From the NCBI GenBank assembly GCA_963704905.1, contig CAVPHZ010000001.1, forward strand, positions 515,438 to 579,437: a stretch of DNA of 64,000 bases. The letters run 5' to 3'. Position numbers and translations under genes: made by a program. The notes under the pieces are model-generated. The model searched no databases. It had not been told where the DNA came from and saw only the letters and a program-made list of their open reading frames with translations. This document shows positions 48,478-60,800 of this stretch, one piece after another (within the stretch, counting starts at the first letter, position 1; every line of letters begins with the position of its first letter). This DNA is from Candidatus Chisholmbacteria bacterium (GTDB lineage: Bacteria; Patescibacteriota; Microgenomatia; UBA1400; Chisholmbacteraceae).

Positions 48478-49283
48478 CTGAAATCACGACACTGAAATAC
48501 GTAAGCGCAGCATTTTTGGAGGCTGCGTCAGCAAAGATTGTGGGTATTCGTAAAGCGTTTGAGGTTAATCAACAGTTTTACGAAGAAGTGAGTCATGTTT
48601 ATCACGTTGTCAAAGTCAGTTCGGAATTGCTAAAAATTAAGGAGAAGAGACAAACTGAGCCTGGAAAAACGGTTTCGGTAGCAGTCACAAGCAATCACCG
48701 CTTCTATGGACTCTTAAACATTAACGTGATGAAGGAGTTTGCTGAAAAAACAGAGCAAGTACAGACTGATCGATTTGTTATAGGGAAAACTGGGGCTGAT
48801 TATCTGATGCTGAAGAGTTATAAGCAGCCATATGAAACAGTGATTAATGCTAAAGACACTCCAAACGAGGAGGAGATACGACAATTTTTAGAGCGGATCA
48901 CATCGTATGAGAAGGTGATTTTATATTACCCGAAGTTTGTCAGCATGATCAGCCAAGCCGTTGGTGTTACTGATATTACCCAATCGGCAAAGGAGGAAGA
49001 GGTCACTCCAGAGGATCTAATCCGGCATATCTTTGAGCCTGAACTTGATAAGATGGTTGCGTTTTTTGAGACGGTGATCCGAACTCTCTTATTCAGTCGG
49101 TCGATGCTTGAGGCAGATCTGTCGCGTACTGCGGCGAGGCTCATGTCAATGAGTTCGGCTGAGGAACGGGCGGATGAGTTGATTGTTGATAAGAAGAGTG
49201 AAATTCGTAAGGTGAGGCGGTCAATTCTTGATAAAGAGCTGCTTGATACGTTTGCAGGAATGAAGAACTGGAATAGGCATTAG
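48444..49283 (+). CDS. atpG: F-type ATP synthase gamma subunit
   Basis: It is 279 aa and lies between alpha and beta. The terminal helices are consistent with gamma. The sequence is divergent. Confidence 0.55.
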   Translation: MPELTELREELTEITTLKYVSAAFLEAASAKIVGIRKAFEVNQQFYEEVSHVYHVVKVSSELLKIKEKRQTEPGKTVSVAVTSNHRFYGLLNINVMKEFAEKTEQVQTDRFVIGKTGADYLMLKSYKQPYETVINAKDTPNEEEIRQFLERITSYEKVILYYPKFVSMISQAVGVTDITQSAKEEEVTPEDLIRHIFEPELDKMVAFFETVIRTLLFSRSMLEADLSRTAARLMSMSSAEERADELIVDKKSEIRKVRRSILDKELLDTFAGMKNWNRH

Positions 49284-50687
<1,404 letters not shown>

Positions 50688-50787
50688 TGTTTGTCCCGTA
50701 AACTCCTGGCTCGGTACATCTCGCCAGGTTATTACGGGATGACTGGATCGCACTATTGAGTTTAGCAATCCAGTCAAATGGAGAAAT

Positions 50788-51042
50788 ATGGCGAAGTTTA
50801 TTTTGAATGTCAGGATCAATAGCCCAGAGAAGATCATTTGGGAAGGGCAAGCATTGTCTGTGTCTTCTGAGAACAGTGAGGGACCGTTTGATATTTTGCC
50901 AAAACATGCAAATTTTATTACAGCAATCGAGGAAAAACCGATCAAGATAAAAACTCCAGATAAGAAAAAAATTGAGTATACGTTCCCACGGTCAGTACTT
51001 TACATGCATGATGATCTGGTGAGTATTTATACGCAGATTTGA
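50788..51042 (+). CDS. atpC: F-type ATP synthase epsilon subunit (beta-sandwich domain only)
   Basis: It has 'LNVRINSPEKIIWEGQALSVSSENSEGPFDILPKHANFITAIEEKPIKI'. At 84 aa it has no C-terminal helical hairpin. Confidence 0.7.
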   Translation: MAKFILNVRINSPEKIIWEGQALSVSSENSEGPFDILPKHANFITAIEEKPIKIKTPDKKKIEYTFPRSVLYMHDDLVSIYTQI

Positions 51043-51804
51043 AATGTTCATTTCTTTGCTTGTCCAAAGAAACGAACCAAAGAAAAGACAGGCCTGCTCT
51101 CGCGGTTGAATCACCTTCGATTTATCAGTGGAGATGGGGCCTCTCCGAAATTCCTTCGCAAGGCTCAGTCAGTTTCGGTTTCTCCTCCTGATAAATCGGG
51201 TGTTTCTAAACCACTTTCGCAAAGTCCTATATTTCTAGAGCGATCAAAAGGGTCTCGACAATTTCATTTTCATTAGTTGTGTTCTAAGAGATTCTTCAGT
51301 CATCGCTATTGTGGGTTCAATTATTTCCAGGCTAAAGTTGTTGGCGGGAACTTCAGAAGAGTGCTATTTCCTCAAGAATTCTCCAAGGCAAATTATTTAC
51401 GTTTTCAGTTATTTGAGGTGATTATTCTTTACTTGAGGTTCTCCTCTGGATTCAATTTGCATAGGTTTACCCTATCTTGGTACTTGACAAGGTATTCATA
51501 ATAGTACTTTAATGTACTTATCAATAGCAAAAGTTGTATAAAAGACTCATATAACAGGAAATTATAATAGCACTTCAATCACCACACGAATATATGAAGA
51601 ACAGCATCTACCAGAGGAAACTAGCTTTAGAAGTAAATACTAGCAAAATTATTTTCACGCAAGGGACATTTAACGTCCAACTTTGGTTTGATCTATCATT
51701 AGAAAATACCGATAAATCGGTCTTTTATAATTATTGCAACAATATTCGCTAGATATTACTAAGTTATGAATATTCGCCTGCCCAAGCGAATATAACCCGC
51801 CCAT

Positions 51805-54800
51805 ATGAGCAGCCTGCCCAAAGACTTCTCGCGATTTTTACAACAACAAGGCCTTAGTGGTGTATCGATTAAAAACTACACTGCTGATGTCAATAAATTC
51901 ATCAAATGGCTTGAGGCTACCGCTGATGGGCCAGTTGCGGCTCATTACATCCGAAAAAATCACATTGATCAGTACCTGGCATCACTAGAAACAGAAGGTG
52001 TGGCTGAGAGTACCATCAAGCGATATACCGCTGTCCTCAACCGCTTTTACTCCTGGATTCATCCGACACAAGTAAGGAAGGAGACTACCCCACCTCTGGC
52101 TCGTTACAAACCGAGAAAGCGCGGCGCACCTCGGAAAGCTTCCTCTGGAAGAGGATTGAGTCAACCTGATTTGGCTCAAGTTATGGAGCAAATGAAGGCT
52201 CAAGAGTCGCCGTTTGCCAAGCTTGCCTCAATCCCCATGCCAATTGCTGCGATTTCCGGCATCACCATTGTGGTCATGTTTGGAATCGCTTTTGTATCAA
52301 TTAATCATCTCTACTCGCTGTTTGCCGGACAGCGGACAACCTCCACCCTGCCGGCGGAATTTGCTACCGTTCCAGGGGATGTATTTGAGGATCTTCAACG
52401 AGGTAGGGTGCTGACTGCTCAAACTGAAGGAGGAGTACTGGAGTTTGGGACGAATGTGGGAACTGGATCAGCTGCCTTGGCAGTTGACAAGTCTGATGCT
52501 TTTGTGGGCGGGTTTGCTCTTGATGAGAGCGAGTACATCACCATTCCTGAGTCTCTACTTCTTGACACTGCGTACGGTCGAGTGCTAGCAGCTGCTACAT
52601 CAAGTGGGGTTTTGGAAATTAATACTGATACTGAAATAGCAGCAACCTTAACTGTTACTGGAGATGGAACGTACGGTGGATTGGTGACTGCATTGGGTGG
52701 GATCCAAACACAGAATGCTGATATCAATGCGGGAACAGGGGAACTTACCGCTTCCAACGTTATTTATGATGTACTGGCTGGTACAAATATTACGATTACC
52801 GGAGATGCGCAGAGTCCAGTTATTAATGCTGATACGGCTGGGATAGATACGATCATTGGGACCTCTGGGCGGATCACGGTATCAACAGCAGCGGATCCAG
52901 TGCTTGATATTTCGACTGACTATGCTGGACAGACTTCAATTTCAACACTTGGGACGATTACCAATGGAACATGGCAGGGAACTGAGATCGATGTGGTCTA
53001 TGGAGGGACTGGCTTAACGTCTGTGGCTTCTGGGCAATTGTTGTATGGAACTGGGACGGACACCTTAGGGACTCGGACGCTGGCGGCGGGAACGAATTTA
53101 ACTCTTACCGACAGCGGAACTGCGCTGACCTATGCAACTAGTTTAACTCCTACGTTTAACTACATCACTTCTACAGCGACAAGCAGTGGTATTGCGACGA
53201 CACAATATGGCGGGGACTATATCACCACGACGGCTACAAGCTCAGGATTTTCATTCAACGTCGGAGATGGTGGAGCGTTTCGATTCAGCGATGGAACGAA
53301 CACCCTTTTCCAAATTCTTGACGGAAATGAGTTTGGTGTTGCTAGTTTATCCGGAAAACAAAATGTCGGTGATCCAGCTTGTCAACCGGGACAGATCTAC
53401 TTCAATGAAGCTGGAAGTGTGTTTAAGGCGTGTACCGCAGAAAATACATGGACGACAATTGCCGATGAAAATGGACCAGTTACTTTTCATCCAGCATCAG
53501 CTGATAGCTGGGGTGATGCGAATCCAGGTATTTGGCTAGATGAGATTGGTGCTGGTTCCCCAGATCTTTTTCGACTTCAAGTTGGCGGATCAAGCCGATT
53601 TGTGGTGCCAAATGATGGTGGATTTCAGTCGGCAGTCGGCGGGGCAGGAACAGCATATTTGAACTTGTCTTCGACGGGAGATTTTGAGATTCAGGATGCG
53701 GGCACTCCGTTCGTGTCGTTTTTGGATAATGGCACTGTGACGTTTGATGGGGCGTCAACTTTCAATACTGACGTTAACTTAGTGATGGATGGGGCTGAGA
53801 ATGTCACGCTGACCAATGCAGCTGCTACGGCTGATCAATTAGCACTCACAGTGGGTGGAGTGACAACTGATGCGGTCGATGGTATTGTTGTAGATTTTAC
53901 TCAAGCTGATGATGCTGACGGGACTGATACGAATGCGGCTTTGTTTGTGGATGTGACTTCTTCATCGGGAGATGCTGATACGTTATATGGTGTGCGCATT
54001 GATGCAATTACTGGTGGTGCGGCTACAGAAACGGCATTGGATATTGGTGCTGGTTGGGATACGGCGATTAATATCGGAGGTGGGAGTATTGTCACGGCGG
54101 GTGGATACACACAAAGCGGAGCGAGTCAAAACACATTTACCGGAAATGTTGATGCAACTAATGGATTGGATGTAACAAATGCTGACCTCACGGTTGGAGG
54201 GGCGAATTTTGCTGTCGATGATGCGACAGGTGATATTACCTCGCTGGGTGATGCAACCATCGGCGGTCGAATCACATTTGAGAATAGCGAATATATTTCG
54301 AATGAAACGGATGACCTTATCATCTTTTCAGGATCAGGTGGATCAGATGATACCGATTTGGTTTTCAATCTTGATGGAGTGGCTCCAGTTATCTATTCTC
54401 AGTCCGACAGTGCTATTCGGATCGACGATGACTTGCACTTTGTCGGCGATCAGAACATTACGACGACGAGCGGGAATTTGAGTATTGTTCCTAATGGAAT
54501 ATTGACGATTGATACCTCCTCAGTCTTGAATGTCGGTACCGGTACTGCTACGGCTATTAACTTTGGAAATGCTTCGCTCGACTCCTTTACTGTAATAACG
54601 AATGGGTCAGGTGATAGTGAGGTCGTCTTACCGGCTCAATCGATATCTTCGACAGAGGTGTTGAATGAGTCACTTGATACAAACGATTTTGCTGCAACAC
54701 TCACATTCTCTGATGGAGATTTCATAGATCTTGGGTCAATTCAACCTACGGGTGGAATTAATGAAGGTTTTCGGCTACCGCAAGTAACAGGTGCAATTCC

Positions 54801-57800
54801 AAGTCCTGCGAGCGGGGAGGGATACCTTGCATATCGGGATGATGCCAATACTGTTGAATATTTTGACGGATCAAGCTGGATCACCATTGCTGCGCAGACA
54901 CCGCTCTGGGCTGATGATGGGACAATTACGCACCTGATTTCAAATACCGATGATTTATCTGTAGGTGGAATCACGTTGGCTTCACCATTTTCGGTGGATG
55001 TCGATACCAACACAGCGCGAATTGGTGACGGTGTTACCACCAATGCAAATTTATCGATGTATTCTTCGACCGCAGATACCGGTACTTTGACATACAACAC
55101 GAGCGATACTTTTCAGTTTTCGGGTGGAGATGTGCTCATAGATCAGGCACTCGAAGTTACCGCTATTACAACACTATCTGATGATCTTATTGTGGGTGGA
55201 ACGACGTTGGCATCACCTTTCTCGGTTGATGAGAGTGCAAACACCGTACGGATTGGTGATGCTGCTACCGGAAATGCAACTTTGGCGTTGTATGCGAGCA
55301 CTGGTCAAACCGGTTCGCTTCTTTTCAATACCAGCGATCAATTCCAGTTTACGGGTGGTGATGTTCGCATGGATCAGGATCTGACAGTTCTTGATGACAC
55401 AACTTTAGGAAATGCGGCTACTGACAGCATCACGCTCACAGGTTCGATTGCGACTAATGTCAATTTCTTGGATTCTGGTGTAGGAACCGATCGGTCGATC
55501 GCTGGCTCGGATGCAACTGGAGGTAACAGCGCAGGTGGAGATTTAACTGTACGAGCTGGAAACGCTACGGGAGTTGGTCAGGGTGGGGATTTAACTTTAG
55601 CTCCAGGATTAGCAGGAGGGGGAGGAACGGGTGGAGATGTTGTTTTTCAAACTGGAGATACGGTATTAGCAACTCGATTTACTATTGGAAATGACGGAAC
55701 GTTGACGCAGTCAGGGACCGGACAGGTGACTTTCTCCGGGAACGTCGATGCCACAAGTGGGCTCGATGTATCCGGAGGAAATCTAACCCTGACTGCGGCG
55801 AACGACATTGTTCTCTCGAGTGGAGCTCTGGATACTACTGGTGGGGTTTTAAACATTGCCGACACGAATGCCTCCTCGATTGCAATGGGGCATGCTTCGC
55901 TGGGATCGTTGACGGTTGTGACTGACGGTACTGGGGATAGTGAAGTCGTACTTCCAGATCAATCAATTTCCTCAACTGAAATTCTTGATGATACCGTTGC
56001 GACATCAGATCTAGCTGCATCTTTAGTCTTTGCGGATGGCGATTTTATTGATCTTGCGTCAATAATTAATTCAGCTGGTGTTAATGAAGGTTTTCGTTTG
56101 CCACAATCAAGTTCTGCACTTGGTAATCCTTCCAGCGGTGAGGGATACATAGCATATCGTTCAGATAGCAATAATATTCAGTTCTATGATGGCACTCAAT
56201 GGGTCACGCTTGCATCGTTTACCCCTCTTTGGACAGATGATGGAACTATTTCATATCTCATCGATACGGCTGATGACTTAGCTGTAGGTGGAACTACGCT
56301 CAATTCTCCATTTTCTGTAGACGTATCTGCTAATACCGTGAGAGTTGGAAGTGGGGCTACTGTCGATGCTGTGCTGCAGCTGTATGCTCAAGATAACGAT
56401 ACTGGAAACCTGACATACAACGTGAATGATCAATTTCAATTTTCCGGCGGAGATGTTCTCATTGACCAAGATTTTCGAGTTACCCAAACCACTACTCTTG
56501 ACGATGATCTCTACGTGGGAGCAACCGGACTTGCTGCTCCATTTTCAGTTGATGAGTCATTGAATACGGTACGCGTGGGGGATGGCAGCGGAACGAATGC
56601 GACCATTACCATGTATGCAAGTGATAATGATGTGGGGAGTTTTCTTTATAACACCAACGATAGCTTCGAGTTTCAAGGGGGAAATGTTCAAGTCGATCAG
56701 AATCTAACAGTTCAAGAGGATACTACTTTCGGCGATGCCACGACAGATACAATAACGGTAACAGGTTCATTCAACTCAAACCTAAATTTCTTAGATGCTG
56801 ACAATCAAAATTACACCTTTGCAGGTGCTGATGCAGTAACTGGATCCGGAAATGCTGGTGACTTAACCATTCGAGCAGGATCGGGTGGAGCTACGACAGG
56901 AAATGGCGGAGATTTGGTATTAGCCGGCGGAACTGTCACATCAGGTACAGCGGGATACATCGCCTTCCAGACTGACAACACTGAGCGACTGCGGATTGAA
57001 AATGATGGTGATCTCTTCTTTGAGCGAGGCAGCGAAGATTTGACCGTTCAGATCAGCGCTCCTTCGGGAGCATCGCGGGTGGCTACAATACCAGCGCTGA
57101 CTGCTGATGACACATTTGTGTTTGAGGTTCAGACTCAAACACTATCAAACAAGAGCTTAGCATCTCCTTCTATTACGGGCTCTCCAACTGCTGCCGGTGC
57201 TAGTTGGACTGATTTAGGTTCAGTCTCAACCATTGATATTAATGGCGGAACGATAGATGGGACAAGCATTGGGGTGACGACGCCTGCTAGTGGTACGTTT
57301 ACAACTTTATCCTCTTCAGGAGTAACTACCATTGGGAATGGTACTTCTACTGTGGCTATCGATTCATCTGATTGGGATATCACAGCTGCTGGTGTGGGAA
57401 CCGGATTTGATTCTTGGACAGTTGATAATTTGATTATTGACGGCAGCAATATCGGTCGAACGTCCGATCCAGATCTGTTGAATTTTGCAAATGCTATTCT
57501 GACCGTGAATGGCGATGTCCGGCTGGCTAACAATTCCAACATCGAAGTCGGTGGTTTGACTGGCGTGGCATATAACGCGATCTCAGATGGAGGAGGGTCG
57601 GCTAGTTTTGCTTCAACTGATAATGATCTTTATATCGAGGATATCCTTGAGGTTGACGGAACTGTATATATCGGTGGTAAGCCGCTATCAGCCAGTGCTC
57701 TTTGGGAAAATGAGAGTAATGTATTTCACCCAATTGATGAGTATGCCGGTGTGGTTGATTTAACTATTGGTGGTGAGGCAACTTCAAGTGCTGATATTTA

Positions 57801-60800
57801 TTTCTCGTCTGCCGGAGCCGCAGTATTTAATGAGCAATCGAACAGCGTTAACTTCAGAGTTGAGGGAAATAATGATCCTGATCTCATTTTTGCTGATGGA
57901 TCATCTGACACGGTTACCATTGGAGCTCAACTTGAACTGGGGAAATTGGGAGTGAGAGGAGATCAAGATGAAATTCAGTTTCGAGTGCGTGGAAACAGCA
58001 CCCAAAATGCAAACCTGATGGTGATTGAACAAAACAGCGGTGCAGATGCTTTGTCTGTTTCCAATGCTGGATTAACTTCAACTGCTGACTTGACGCTCGG
58101 TCTCAATGATACAACTGCAACCATTTCTACTAGTGATGTTGATGAAGATTTAACTATTGATCCGAACGGAACTGGCGATATCTACTTCAATGGGTCGACC
58201 TACGTGTTGACTGATTCAGGTGATTTTACGATTGGGGGCAGACAAACTTTTGAGAATGGTGAGTACATTCAGAATGAAACTGATGATATTTTTGCGTTCG
58301 TAGGCGCATCTGGCGTTGATGACACTGATCTGTATCTCAACCTCGATGGTAGCTATCCCATTCTTTATTCTAATACCGATACAACAATTGGTATTGATGA
58401 TGACCTGCAATTCATTGGCGCAACGAACATATCAAATACCAGTGGCAATCTTTCGATTAGCGCGGCTACAGATCTGTCAATTGACTCTACCAGTGATGTA
58501 AATATCGGTCCAACGTATGCGGCATTTATCACTATTGGGTCTTCGACATTAAATTCGGTTACGATAGACACCGATGGAACAGGTGACGGAGAACTTATTC
58601 TTCCTGACAGTTCTGTTTCATCTTTGGAAATTGTTAATGACAGTTTGACACCTACTGACTTTGCAGCAACGCTCACTTTTACTGATGGCGATTTTCTAGA
58701 TCTGGCAAGCATTGTTCCTTCAAGCAGTATCAATGAAGGTCTTCGATTGCCGCAATCATCCGGAGCGTTAGGTGAACCAGGATCCGGAGAAGGATATCTC
58801 GCATATCGAACTGATACCAACACTATTCAATACTATGATGGGGCTGACTGGCAATCAGTCGCATCATCGACGCCAATCTGGACTGATGACGGAACCATTA
58901 CCTATCTTATTTCCGCTACAGATGATATGGCGGTAGGAGGAACGTCTTTAGCTGCACCATTTTCTGTTGATGTGAGTGCGAATGCTGTTCGGATTGGAGA
59001 TGGTACTGTAGCTGGGAACGGCCGACTTACCATGTACGCCTCTGATACTGATCAGGGTACTATTATATTTAACACGAATGATCAATTTGAATTTAATGGT
59101 GCGGATGTTCTGGTTGACCAAGATTTCAGAGTTAATGGGAACACAACGCTTGATGATGATGTCTATATTGGAGCAACAACTTTAGCCGCTCCTTTTTCTG
59201 TAGATGTTTCGACTAATACGGTTCGACTTGGGGATGGAACCGCAAGCGGAGATGCGACACTGCTGATGTTCTCTTCGGGTGGAGATGTGGGGACACTTGC
59301 GTATACAACCAGTGATGAGTTCAATTTTCAAGGCGGAAATATTCGAACTGCGGGAATTATAGTTGAGGGTAACACAACGCTGGGAGATCAAGTCACCGAT
59401 ACGGTTACTGTTACTGGTTCTTTAAACAGCAATGTTAACTTTCTTGATCAGAACAACACCAGTTATACCGTTGCCGGTGCAGATGCTGGGACCGCTACTG
59501 GAAATGCTGGGAACCTGACAATTCGGGCTGGGTCTGGAGGATCAACGAGCGGAAGTGGTGGAGATCTCATCTTGTCTGCCGGGACAGTTACCTCTGGTAC
59601 CCCTGGAGATCTCAATTTGCGGACTAACAATGTTGACCGATTAGTCATTCAAGGAGATGGAACATTCCGATTTGAAGAAGGTGTGAATGACTTTATTCTC
59701 GATGTAAATGCGCCAACTGGGGCTGACAGAACAGGCACGATACCGACACTCTCTAGTAACGACACATTTGTGTTTGAGTCACTATCTCAAACTCTAACAA
59801 GCAAGACTTTAATATCTCCTACTATATCAGGTTCTCCAACGGCTGTGGGGGCTGCATGGGCTGATCTAGGGTCAGTAGCAACGATTGATATCAATGGGGG
59901 GACGATTGATGGAACTGCAATTGGCGGGAGCACTCCATCATCAGGTGCGTTTACGACTCTCTCATCAACCGGTGTAACTACCATTGGAAATGGCAGCTCA
60001 ACTGTTGCGATTGATAGCAATGATTGGGACATTACGAGTATTGGTGTGGGAACCGGGTTTAACTCCTGGACGGTTGATAATGTGATTATCGATGGAAATG
60101 ATATCGGGTTGGTTTCTGACACTGATCTGCTTTCTTTTACCGATAGCAATCTGACAGTGAATGGGGATGTGACGATCACGGGTGGGGATATAACCGGTGC
60201 AGCTGGAGCTGCATTGGATTTGGGTGAGCAAAACTCTGGAGATGTGACGGTTACTGGAGACTTGATTTTGGCTGATGACGCCTTCATTGGGATTGGTGGG
60301 AGTGCAGCCCGAATCGTGTTTGACTCGACACCAACTCCAGATCAGATCGATATTCTTTCTGCAAGCTTAGACATGAATAACAATATCATTACGAATATCG
60401 GGAATGCTGCGACTGATTTTGATACAAACGGCGGACTGACATTAGCTGCTGATTTGGCGGTTAATGGTGGAGACCTGACAACCACTGACTCTACTTTCAA
60501 TTTGGTGAATAACACGCCAACTACCGTCAATTTTGCCGGGAATGCAGGAGCTATTTCTATCGGAGCTGTAACCGGGACGACGACGGTGAATCACAATCTT
60601 ACGGTTGCGGGGGTGTTCACCGCAAACGGCCAGGCGAATATCGGTGACGGCGGGGATACGGTGGCGATAAACTCGAGCGATTGGGATATCACCTCGACCG
60701 GTGTAGGAACAGGGTTTGATTCATGGACGGTAGACAACTTGATTATTAATGGGAATAACATCGGGACGCTTACCGATCAGGACTTGATTGTATTTGCCGA

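Noticed and set aside
51043-51804. Possible ncRNA/tRNA or promoter hairpin after atpC ('TTTCTTTG...CAAAGAAA')
   Set aside because: The AT-rich 8-bp stem has no following T-tract. There is no supportable RNA-gene structure. It is left as non-coding leader sequence for the giant gene.
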